From an uncultured Luteolibacter sp. (GTDB lineage Bacteria; Verrucomicrobiota; Verrucomicrobiia; Verrucomicrobiales; Akkermansiaceae), in NCBI GenBank assembly GCA_964541125.1, contig CAZIPY010000268.1, positions 21,997-85,996 of the forward strand: 64,000 nt of DNA, in the 5' to 3' direction. Made by a program: the position numbers and the translations under genes. Each line of letters begins with the position of its first letter. Within the stretch, counting starts at the first letter, position 1. The notes beneath the pieces are model-generated. The model had not been told where the DNA came from, searched no databases, and worked only from the letters and a program-made list of their open reading frames with translations. Below, piece after piece: positions 26,933 to 35,688 of the stretch.

Positions 26933-29043
26933 TTGGAGTCGAGGCGGAGTACGCCGTCCCAGTCTTCGCCGGGTGGCTTTGATTTGAGAGCGAGGATCTG
27001 TTTCTGAAGAACGAGGGATGGGTTGTTTGCGGTGTGACGTTCCAGTTTGGCGGACTCGCCAAGTTTGGTTTCAGCTTCAGCCCAGTCGCGCTTTAAGTAG
27101 GACTCGAGGGCTGCTTCATAAAGGGCACGGCATTCGAGATCTTTCTCGTTCGTCTGCTCCTTCGTCCCCATCAGCTCGTAGAGCAGAACTGCCTGTTCCC
27201 GGCCAACCACACTCACGCGATTGAGTTTGCGAAAGATGAGATCATCTTCGCCGTGTTCGATGGCCGCGTCGTATGTGCTTTCGCTGACCATGGTGAAAAC
27301 ACCAAAGTGTTTGGCACCGGATTCGCAGCGCGCTGCGAGGTTTACGGTGTCGCCGGTCATGGAGTAGTTGAAGCGCACGGCACTGCCCATGTTGCCAACC
27401 ACCGCGAGGCCGGTATTGAGGCCGATGCGCGTTTGCATGCCGGTGACGATAGCCGGCCACTTGCCCGAATTCTTCCACTTGGCCTGTAGTTCGAGCTGCA
27501 CCTGCTGCATGCGGGCGGCGGTGCGGCAGGCGCGCCAGGCGTGGCGCTTCATCGGCAGGGGGGCGCCGAAAAAGGCGACGATCGCATCGCCGATGTACTT
27601 GTCCAAGGTGCCGCCCTCCTCCTGTAGGACGTCGGTCATGGCGCCCAGGTATTCGTTCATCAGAGTGGTGAGCTCCATGGGCGAGAGAACTTCCGAGAAC
27701 TTGGAGTAGCCGACCACATCACTGAAGAAGGGAGTGATCTCCTCCTCGTGACCACCGAGTTGGGGTTCCTCTCCGGCTTCGGTGATGCGCTGCACCATCA
27801 CTGGGGAGAGATAACTGGAGAAGACCTTCTTCAGTTGGTTCCGTTTTCGCGCGAGGAAGTAGTAGTTGCAGACGTTGCCGTAGACGAAGGCCGTCGGGGC
27901 CTGCACCACGACCGGCACCAACCAGGCAAAAAAGATGCCGCGATCATCAATATACCAGATGGAGGTCAGGCTGATGCCGACAGCAGTCAGCACCGACGCA
28001 ACCAGCGAACCCGTGGGGCCGAAGGGGTTGATCAACAGGGTGAGCAGCAGTGCGGCGAAGCAGGCGACTATGATGTCCAGTTGGTCTCCGGTCGCTGCCA
28101 GCCAGGATTCGTTGAGGATGTTGTGCGTGAACAGCGCCTGCATTTCGACCCCGGCAATTTCGCTGGCTCGGTCCGGCTCATCCTTGGGAGGATCGCCATA
28201 GGGTGAACGATAAACGTCGCGCCCCACTCCAGGCATGCCCACGGAGTGGAGAGCTCCGATGAAAATGCACTTCCCGTTGAAGTCGATGGAGTCGTCCTGC
28301 AGCGCGGTTGAAAAGCTGATGCCTCGGATGGAGGGTGGCGGGCCGATGTAGCGTATCCAGCGAGCTTGCTTGTAGCCTTTCTTGTCGCTGATGCGACTGG
28401 AGTCGATGGTTGTGGCTGCGGCCCAGTAGGCCGGTGTGAAGCGGTCATCGAAAAACACCTGGTCCATTCGGCGCACGCCGTTGTCTTCATAGTCATGCTT
28501 GATGGATACGATGCCCCATCCAGACGCCGCACGTCGCAGAGGAGAGATGGGCACCGAGAATTGTTCCACTGGCTCAGCGACATCGTCGAAGAAATGAAGT
28601 TGGCGGCTGGCGGAGAGCACTACAGATCCTGAATCTTCAATGGCCTTGGCGAAGCGCTCATCCGCGGCAGGGTCAGAACTGGGCTGATCGAAAATGAGAT
28701 CGAAGAACACCATTTTGGGCTGCTGCTTGCTGATCTTTTCCAGTAATTGCGCGTGCAGGTCGCGACTCCAAGCCAAGTCATATGGCTGCTGCAGCTCATC
28801 GTGGGAAATGTCATCGATGTAGATGATCAGAAAGTTTTCGGCGGGATGATAGATGTCCTCTACCGAAAACAAATCGATGCGGTGGAACCAGTCGTGGCTT
28901 TTGCGCTCAAAGAAACCCGCGGGCTGCCAGATTGAGCACGCGATGCCGATAAAAGCCACTACCAGAAAGCAGCCGAGGTATTGTACGGCCAGTTGCCACG
29001 GCTTGCGCTGTTGGGAGCGAATTTTGGGCAGAAAGCGAAGCAC
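26929..29043 (-). CDS. CHASE2-domain class III adenylate/guanylate cyclase
   Basis: CHASE2 motifs (IYIDD, WSRDLHA, FDLIFD, GVEMQA), three TMs, FSSYLSP, and cyclase motifs FFSDVVG, DKYIGDA, GDTVNLAARCE. ATGA overlap with the FecR gene. Confidence 0.93.
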   Translation of the reverse strand: MLRFLPKIRSQQRKPWQLAVQYLGCFLVVAFIGIACSIWQPAGFFERKSHDWFHRIDLFSVEDIYHPAENFLIIYIDDISHDELQQPYDLAWSRDLHAQLLEKISKQQPKMVFFDLIFDQPSSDPAADERFAKAIEDSGSVVLSASRQLHFFDDVAEPVEQFSVPISPLRRAASGWGIVSIKHDYEDNGVRRMDQVFFDDRFTPAYWAAATTIDSSRISDKKGYKQARWIRYIGPPPSIRGISFSTALQDDSIDFNGKCIFIGALHSVGMPGVGRDVYRSPYGDPPKDEPDRASEIAGVEMQALFTHNILNESWLAATGDQLDIIVACFAALLLTLLINPFGPTGSLVASVLTAVGISLTSIWYIDDRGIFFAWLVPVVVQAPTAFVYGNVCNYYFLARKRNQLKKVFSSYLSPVMVQRITEAGEEPQLGGHEEEITPFFSDVVGYSKFSEVLSPMELTTLMNEYLGAMTDVLQEEGGTLDKYIGDAIVAFFGAPLPMKRHAWRACRTAARMQQVQLELQAKWKNSGKWPAIVTGMQTRIGLNTGLAVVGNMGSAVRFNYSMTGDTVNLAARCESGAKHFGVFTMVSESTYDAAIEHGEDDLIFRKLNRVSVVGREQAVLLYELMGTKEQTNEKDLECRALYEAALESYLKRDWAEAETKLGESAKLERHTANNPSLVLQKQILALKSKPPGEDWDGVLRLDSK

Positions 29044-29079
29044 AGCGAGGTAAGGGAGGGAGGCGGCTGGCAGGCCGGG

Positions 29080-32000
29080 TCAGGGAGCGGGAGTGTAGGT
29101 CTCGACCTGCAACTGGCCAAAGCCCTTGCTGCCCATGGCAACGGTGGCAGACCAGGTTTCTGTGGTGCTGTCCGATGCGGTGAGTGTTGCCGCCCGTTCC
29201 GTCCACGTGGACAGGTCAGAGCTGGTCATGACCTTGATGGTCACGGCCGAGAGGTCATTGGGAATGGTAAAGCTGAAGGTGAACTCATTGCGCGCTGAGT
29301 CATAGCTGGAGGCAATGCCATCCATGGTGTTGGCGGCATTGGGATCGGTGCCGAGAATGAATTCCAGTAGGTTGATGATGTTGTCGCCGTCCGGGTCTTG
29401 GTCCTCTCCGTCTTCGTCGCCGGAGAGTCCATTGGAGGTGACCCAATCGGCGAAGGTGCGGTAAGTTCCGGGATCGTTGATGCTGAGTCCGTGGGCGTTG
29501 GTGTATTCGATGGGAACGCCGTCGCCATCGAGGGGCGCGCCTTCCGTGGTCAGGGCATCGATGGAGACGGATCTCGAGTATTGGGCTCCGGGATAGGCGT
29601 CTGCGGTGAAGGCTCCCGTGTCGTCCTCGATGCTCAGGCCAGCGGCGGGCAGAGAGGATTCAGTCACCGACCAATCCACCGTGTTCATGGTGTACTCTTC
29701 GGTGAGGCCGGTGCCGGTGTTGTAGAAACTGCCGATGAGAAAATAGTCATAGTTGGCGCGCATGTTCATCTCGATGGGGCCTTCGTTGCGCACACTCAGC
29801 AGAACCAGCTCCGAAGATTCCGGGTTGTTGGCCGGGGGAGTGGGTGCCGTGCCGGAGAAGACAAAGCCCGAGCCGGCTTCCGCGGTCCGGATGATGACTT
29901 CTTCCTCAGCCGCCGATTTTGCGGTGGCGGCCTCTCCTTGTGCCGAGCCTTGGCTGCCCCCGCCGAGGATCCCCAAGCCGGGAATGCCCGGGTCGATCAG
30001 GCCGGTGGCATCTTGGAGATATGCGCCAAGAGAGCGCTCGAAAATGCCATTGGGCACCCACAGGGGATTGGCCACCAGACAGTTCACGGCGACTTGAGCC
30101 TTGAGCGATTCTTCGCCGGTGCGGAACTCTTCGTAGAGTGCGATGGACTCCACGGGTTGACGCAGGATGACCGGGATGAGTTCGGTGCGTTCTTCTGGCT
30201 TGAGGGTGCTCTCGTCGCCCTGGGTGGCTCCATCGGGGATGTCGAAGTCGGGCAGGTTGGTTCCTTCAAAACGAATGAACAAGCGTCCTGATGAACGGCG
30301 GGAGGTGTTGATGAGGCGGAAACGCAACTGCCACTCGTCATCGCCCAGACTTGCGGGTTCAGTTTGAGTCAGAAGCTCAACGCCAGTGAGGTTGAGGGTG
30401 GGCCCGTAATTGTCCGCGATGCGTGGCTGGTTTCCATCGAGGGAACGGAAGAAGTGAATCTCACTTTCATCGTTACCAAGGCGATAGTTGGCGCCGGGAC
30501 TTTCCGGTCTTGTCAACTCGAGCAGGATGCGTTCGCGAAACTTCGTGAGTGCCGCGCCTTGGGTGAGTTTGACGTACTTTTCGCTCGAGACGCCATTGGC
30601 CCAGCCCAGATCGAGACTGTCGCCCGGGTTCTGACCATCGAGGACGATGCCGGACGCTGTGCCCGAGAGGGTGGCGCCGTCGGTGTCGAAGCGCGTCAGA
30701 GAGCCATATTCGCCGACGCCATAGACAATGGGCTCCGAGCCGCTGTTGTCTTGCGCCAAAGCATAGAGCGCGGGCGCGCGTGGATCGAACCTTGGCGTCT
30801 TGAAAGGGTTGCCGTTGGTGGCAACCACCGTCACGCCATTGGCGCCCACGGCGAAGACATACTTGTCTTCGCCATTGCGCAGGACCTCAATGACATCGAA
30901 CAAGCTTTGGCTGGTGTTGGAGGGGCGGGAAGTGAAGGGCGTTTCCAGTAGATTGTTGGTGGAGACCATGGTGCCGTGAGCGCCGACCGCCAACAGGGTG
31001 GGCGTGCCGCCGACATCCACGCGGGCGATGCCAAAGAGATCGCTGCCATCCAGATTGACGGCTGGGGTCCAAGGGCCGGATGGGCTGGCTGCATGGAGGA
31101 TGATGCCGCCCGAGCCACAGATGACAAGACGGCCGCCGAAGGAGGTGGCGCCGAAGAAGTCGGAGTTGTTGATGAATTCAGCCTGCCCCCAACTGTCCAC
31201 TTTGCCATCTGGCGAGAAGTAAGCGACGCCGTTTCGGCCGAGCGCGACATAGGGGAACTCAGTGCCGCCTAGGTAATGCATGCGGAGAAACTGCTCACCG
31301 GATTTGCCTTCAAAAATGAGATTCCACGTCACGCCATCGTCCGACTGATAGATGTTGCCGGCAAGCGAGCAGGCGAATAAGTCTGTGCCGTCGTAGATGA
31401 TGCCGCTGAGTTGAAAGTTCAGGCCTTCGGTGCCATTGGTTTCCTTGGGGTCCCAACCACCGCCATCGTTGATGAAGATCAATCCGCTTTGAGGGGCAAT
31501 CGCGACGAATCCTACGTCGGGGTCGAAGGCGACGTCGGTGAAGTCCATGTTCAAGCCGCTGATGGTTTCGTTGCGCCAGCGTTTGAAGGGTCCGAATTTG
31601 TCGATGGCGCGAAGGTTGACCAAGGTGTTGCCAGCGGAGCCAAAGCTACGCCGTACGGGCACGTGGATGTCGCTGTCTGTGCTTGAATAGTTTTGGGCTT
31701 CTAGCGGCAGACTGATGATGCCGGGTGAGGGATTGACCGTGAACTCCTGCCCTCCCCATTCGTTGATCTTGTTTGAGTCGGAATATTTCTCTGCAAAGGT
31801 CCATGCGCGAAAGCTTCCCAGGGCACGCATCCACTTGAATGGGGTGAGGCTTCGATCCAGCAGGCCTTCCTTCATGACGAGATCCATGCCTTGGCCTTCG
31901 AGCTCTTCGCGGAGGACGATGTGGGTCACGTCGCGGATGAGGCCGTTGGGAATGTTGGTTTGCCAGCGCAGTCCTTGCTGGTTGAGCTCCACCACCAACA

Positions 32001-32379
32001 AGTGACGGGTGAGGGGGGCCTCCAAATGGGCGGGCTGGATCTCCTGATAAAAGTGCAGTGTGCTGCCCCAATCCAGGGTGATGCCAGTGGGTTCCAGTGC
32101 GGAAAGATCGATGAGCTGCTGCTCACCAGCTTGAAGGTTTTGAGGGGTTGTGAAGGTGCCGCCGCCGCCGGAGGCTTCGACAAAGGCACCATCGACCCAA
32201 TCCCTGTCGGTGATCTGAATCTTTTCCCCGGCAGGGATGGGGCGTAGCGCCATCAGGTAGATTTCCTTGCCATTGATGCGCGTCAGGGCCACGTCGCCCG
32301 GCAGGAGCGCAGCAGCACAGGGCTTCGGCCACATCGCGACGATGAGGCAGAAAAGGATGGCCAGTTTACGTGGAGTCAT
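29080..32379 (-). CDS. Large secreted protein: BNR/Ycf48-like beta-propeller repeats, Calx-beta-like segment and C-terminal TSP3-type/Verrucomicrobial tail
   Basis: Signal from ATG 32379. Repeated (V/A)GxxG blades, SDDGVTW, and DPDGDNIINLLEFILGTDP...SSDLSTW at the C-terminus. Confidence 0.8.
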   Translation of the reverse strand: MTPRKLAILFCLIVAMWPKPCAAALLPGDVALTRINGKEIYLMALRPIPAGEKIQITDRDWVDGAFVEASGGGGTFTTPQNLQAGEQQLIDLSALEPTGITLDWGSTLHFYQEIQPAHLEAPLTRHLLVVELNQQGLRWQTNIPNGLIRDVTHIVLREELEGQGMDLVMKEGLLDRSLTPFKWMRALGSFRAWTFAEKYSDSNKINEWGGQEFTVNPSPGIISLPLEAQNYSSTDSDIHVPVRRSFGSAGNTLVNLRAIDKFGPFKRWRNETISGLNMDFTDVAFDPDVGFVAIAPQSGLIFINDGGGWDPKETNGTEGLNFQLSGIIYDGTDLFACSLAGNIYQSDDGVTWNLIFEGKSGEQFLRMHYLGGTEFPYVALGRNGVAYFSPDGKVDSWGQAEFINNSDFFGATSFGGRLVICGSGGIILHAASPSGPWTPAVNLDGSDLFGIARVDVGGTPTLLAVGAHGTMVSTNNLLETPFTSRPSNTSQSLFDVIEVLRNGEDKYVFAVGANGVTVVATNGNPFKTPRFDPRAPALYALAQDNSGSEPIVYGVGEYGSLTRFDTDGATLSGTASGIVLDGQNPGDSLDLGWANGVSSEKYVKLTQGAALTKFRERILLELTRPESPGANYRLGNDESEIHFFRSLDGNQPRIADNYGPTLNLTGVELLTQTEPASLGDDEWQLRFRLINTSRRSSGRLFIRFEGTNLPDFDIPDGATQGDESTLKPEERTELIPVILRQPVESIALYEEFRTGEESLKAQVAVNCLVANPLWVPNGIFERSLGAYLQDATGLIDPGIPGLGILGGGSQGSAQGEAATAKSAAEEEVIIRTAEAGSGFVFSGTAPTPPANNPESSELVLLSVRNEGPIEMNMRANYDYFLIGSFYNTGTGLTEEYTMNTVDWSVTESSLPAAGLSIEDDTGAFTADAYPGAQYSRSVSIDALTTEGAPLDGDGVPIEYTNAHGLSINDPGTYRTFADWVTSNGLSGDEDGEDQDPDGDNIINLLEFILGTDPNAANTMDGIASSYDSARNEFTFSFTIPNDLSAVTIKVMTSSDLSTWTERAATLTASDSTTETWSATVAMGSKGFGQLQVETYTPAP

Positions 32380-32502
32380 GCGCAAATCCTGATGAATGCG
32401 GGGATGCAGGCGATTTCCTAACACGAAAATCGCCGGAGGAGGATAGCGATTTCAGGGCTTAAGTGGAAGGGTAAAAGGGGCTCTGAAGGCTCCGCTGAAA
32501 AG

Positions 32503-32607
32503 AGGGCGGGCCTTCTTTTTCGGTGACTTGCGAGCGGGCACGGCGGGCAGCATACGCGATACTCACCGCAGAATCCACCCCCCCCGATCTTTAAGATTTC
32601 CGTAGCA
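32503..32607 (-). pseudogene. Remnant of the PBP1A 5' end and its upstream region (diverged copy of 23174-23275)
   Basis: Encodes MLPAVPARKSPKKKARP versus PBP MLPVVPARKSPKKRARP. The upstream GAATCCACCCC and TTAAGATTTCCGTAGCA are shared. Confidence 0.9.
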
Positions 32608-32665
32608 ATCAGAGCTTCATAAGGAAAGTTTGGCCTGAGTCTGTGGTTGGGGTACATCTGAGCCC

Positions 32666-33412
32666 ATGTCAGGCAGTTTGTTCCAGCCCTGCAGGTGGCC
32701 CCAGTCGATCGTGGAGGTGGATGCCGTAGCCCGTGTGATGAAGATGTCGGAAACTGAAATTCAGGGCATCTGGAAAGCTCACGATTTCATAGCTCGACTG
32801 TTCGCAGGACGCTACAGGGGTTCAGGCAGGCCCTTTGTCAGCCATTTGGCCGGTACTGCCGGCTTGGCTCTCATGCACCACTTCGAATACAAGGCGGTGC
32901 TGGCCGCATACGCGCATGCGGCCTACATGCAGGGGGAATTTGGCACTACCGAATCAGGGGCTTCGCCTATCAATCGCGAGCGGCTGCGCGGCATCATTGG
33001 AGATGAAGCGGAAGCCTTGGTTCATGCCTATCAGGGCTATGATTGGCTGTCCGTGCTTGGAGCATTTCAGAATGGCGAGACGCCTTCCCTCAACGAACAG
33101 GACAGGACCTTGCTAGCCCTGAGAGTGCTCAATGAGCTCGACGATTCATTTGATTGTCATGTCTATGGAAGGAAGCGACACGAGCAATGCATCTCTAGGC
33201 TGGAAGCTGGGCTGGTGGCGATCAGGTCCATGGGAATGCAGGACATGGCGCATTTTTTGAGTGAGGAGATCACCCAAGTGCGAGGCGTGGATGTTGTTGC
33301 CGACTCATCCAGCCGGCGCAAGGGTTCCGAGACCCTGATTCCCTCCGGTTATGCAGTGCGGCCAAATCTTAAGATAAAAAGAGAGCTGGCGAGATTGCTG
33401 CGTAATCACTGA
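32666..33412 (+). CDS. HD-like (DUF6817-type) protein
   Basis: YRGSGRPFVSHLAGTA, AHAAY, IGDEAEALVHAY and NELDD. The start may be later (32738). Confidence 0.65.
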   Translation: MSGSLFQPCRWPQSIVEVDAVARVMKMSETEIQGIWKAHDFIARLFAGRYRGSGRPFVSHLAGTAGLALMHHFEYKAVLAAYAHAAYMQGEFGTTESGASPINRERLRGIIGDEAEALVHAYQGYDWLSVLGAFQNGETPSLNEQDRTLLALRVLNELDDSFDCHVYGRKRHEQCISRLEAGLVAIRSMGMQDMAHFLSEEITQVRGVDVVADSSSRRKGSETLIPSGYAVRPNLKIKRELARLLRNH

Positions 33413-33471
33413 AGCATGGCATGACGATCATGCCCCTCCGCAAGCTGTGCCTGCCGACCAATTGATACCTC

Positions 33472-34686
33472 ATGCGCATCGCCATTTTTTTGGGAGAGTT
33501 TCCCGCCTTGTCCGAAACCTTCATCCTCAGGCGGATTACCGGATTGATGGACAGAGGTCATGATGTGGAGATTTTTTCCCACAGACCGAGGAAGGAAAAA
33601 GAGACGCCGCCCGCATACGATCAGTACCAACTGTACAACAGGTGCCACTATTTGAGCAAAGGGCCGGAGCGAGGAATGCGAAAGTTCTTCTTGGTATGTA
33701 TCGGAAGGATCTGTCTCGGGCTCTTTGGCCTACGCATGCTGCGTTGCTACTCCATCCGCTACTTGTGCCGCTATCTCACATCACGATCCACGGCCGCCAA
33801 GCTCGATGCGACCTATGATGTCGTGTATGCGGCCTTCGGAACCCATGCGCTTGAGGCGATGAAATATCAGAAGGATGGGCTGCTGAGGGGGCCTCTCGTT
33901 GTCTCCTTCCACGGTTATGACCTGAGCAGGTTTTTGCGGGAATCGGAATCCTGCAAATATCCCGAGCTCTTCAAGCACATCCGATTTGCCCTGCCAGTAT
34001 GCCGATATTTCGCACAACGGCTGGAAACACTGGGCATGGACAAGGAGAAGACGGCTGTGCTTTACAGCGGGGTCGAGGTGAGCCGGATCGATTATCGGGG
34101 GGGCAGACCCTTCAACAAGGTGGTGCGCCTCATCTCGGTAGGCCGGCTTGTCGAGAAGAAGGGCATGAGTGACATCATCGAATGCGTGAGCCAGTTGATA
34201 GCGAAAGGCGTACAGGCCCACCTCAGTTTGGTGGGCTCCGGTCCACTGCAACCCGATTTGGAAGCACAGGCTGCGAGCCTTCCCGAAGGCTCCGTCACCT
34301 TTCACGGCTGGCTTTCCCCAACCAAGCTATATGCCTTGATAGCTGATTCAGATGTGTTTGTTGGAGCCTACATTCAGGCAGTCAATGGAGACGAAGACAC
34401 GATTCCCAACGTCATGAAGGAGGCCATGTCCGTCGGTGTTCCCGTGATTGCAACCAATCACTCCGGAACACCCGAGCTGATCGACCATGATGAAAGCGGC
34501 ATCTTGGTGGATCCTGGTAGCCCAGAGCAGATTGCGGAAGCCGTGGTGGATCTCATCAACAACCCGGACAAAACGAATCAGCTGGTAACTCGTGCCCGCA
34601 AAATAGTGGAAGAAAAGTTTGAGTCCGAACGCATCAATGATTGTCTGGAGAGAATTCTAGCAGAAGCTGCGGGCATGCCGTCATGA
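33472..34686 (+). CDS. Glycosyltransferase family 4 (WcaL/AmsK-like)
   Basis: FPALSETFI, SFHGYDL, VGRLVEKKG and MKEAMSVGVPVIAT. Confidence 0.92.
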   Translation: MRIAIFLGEFPALSETFILRRITGLMDRGHDVEIFSHRPRKEKETPPAYDQYQLYNRCHYLSKGPERGMRKFFLVCIGRICLGLFGLRMLRCYSIRYLCRYLTSRSTAAKLDATYDVVYAAFGTHALEAMKYQKDGLLRGPLVVSFHGYDLSRFLRESESCKYPELFKHIRFALPVCRYFAQRLETLGMDKEKTAVLYSGVEVSRIDYRGGRPFNKVVRLISVGRLVEKKGMSDIIECVSQLIAKGVQAHLSLVGSGPLQPDLEAQAASLPEGSVTFHGWLSPTKLYALIADSDVFVGAYIQAVNGDEDTIPNVMKEAMSVGVPVIATNHSGTPELIDHDESGILVDPGSPEQIAEAVVDLINNPDKTNQLVTRARKIVEEKFESERINDCLERILAEAAGMPS

Positions 34687-35579
34687 AGAAAAAAGTCACC
34701 ATCGTTGTCGTTCCGAGAGAACGGTTCAGTTTTGCGATCGAGTCATTGGATAGTCTGATTGAAAACACGGATGGCCCGCTGGAGGTCGTCTATGTCGATG
34801 GCAATTCTCCACATAAAATCGCTGAGGCCTTGTCCGAAAGATGCAAGCAAATGGGTTTTCGCTATGTCCGTGTGCCGCAGTATTTGACCCCCAATGAGGC
34901 CAGAAATGTGGGCATGCAGCATGTGGATTCCGACTACGTCGTGTATGCCGACAATGACGTCCTGTTCAGGCCCGGATGGCTGAAGGCTCTAGTTGAATGT
35001 GCAGATGAAACCGGAGCCTGGGTGGTCGCCCCTCTTTACTTGGAGCGCCATCACAATCGGGAGCTGATCCATATGGCAGACGGTAAGATCCGGATTGAGG
35101 GTGAGGCTCCGGACCGGATCATGAAAGTCGAGATGGTGGATCACAAGGAGCTCTATCAGGAGGGCAGTCATGATTACACGCGGAAGGTTTCGGACGTCCC
35201 GGAATTTCATGTGGTTCTATTCCGCACCGAAGGCATCCGGCAGATGGGAGGCTTTGACGAAAAACTGCAGTGCACCCGCGAGCATCTTGATGTGGCACTC
35301 ACACTTCGGGACCTAGGTGGAGAGGTGGTCTTCGAGCCCAAGTCCGTAGTCAGCTATGTGATTCCCCAAAAAATCACCTTCAGTGATCTGAAGTATCAGC
35401 TATTCCGCTGGCAAGTTCCGAAGGCCTTGTCGGATTCCCACCACTTTTCCCAAAAATGGGGCGCGAAGTTTGAAAAGCACCGGCCCAAAATCATGCGCAA
35501 AAGAAGACGAAGGGCGATCCAAGCCACTCTGCCCAGAGGCGTGAGCAAGTGCCTCAGGCGCATGGGGATCTTCAGGTGA
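34683..35579 (+). CDS. Glycosyltransferase family 2
   Basis: VVVPRERF, YVDGNS, ARNVG, ADND and REHLD. ATGA overlap with the GT4 gene. Confidence 0.88.
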   Translation: MKKKVTIVVVPRERFSFAIESLDSLIENTDGPLEVVYVDGNSPHKIAEALSERCKQMGFRYVRVPQYLTPNEARNVGMQHVDSDYVVYADNDVLFRPGWLKALVECADETGAWVVAPLYLERHHNRELIHMADGKIRIEGEAPDRIMKVEMVDHKELYQEGSHDYTRKVSDVPEFHVVLFRTEGIRQMGGFDEKLQCTREHLDVALTLRDLGGEVVFEPKSVVSYVIPQKITFSDLKYQLFRWQVPKALSDSHHFSQKWGAKFEKHRPKIMRKRRRRAIQATLPRGVSKCLRRMGIFR

Positions 35580-35644
35580 GGGGATGCCAGCTTTAGCATC
35601 AAGATGGGTTGGATCCTTTTCGGGGCCAAAAACCCGTTGAAACC

Positions 35645-35669
35645 GAAACATTCCCGCTGGAGCCTCGTA
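35645..35669 (+). promoter_or_regulatory. Candidate ECF-sigma promoter GAAAC-N16-CGTA
   Basis: GAAAC 35645-35649 and CGTA 35666-35669 fit a SigW-like consensus immediately before the DUF1592 gene. Confidence 0.45.
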
Positions 35670-35688
35670 GGAGGTAATGGTGTTCAGC

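Noticed and set aside
35594-35602. TAGCATCAA shared with 23271-23279 as a possible insertion boundary
   Set aside because: It is only 9 bp, and part of it is the stop codon of the FecR gene.
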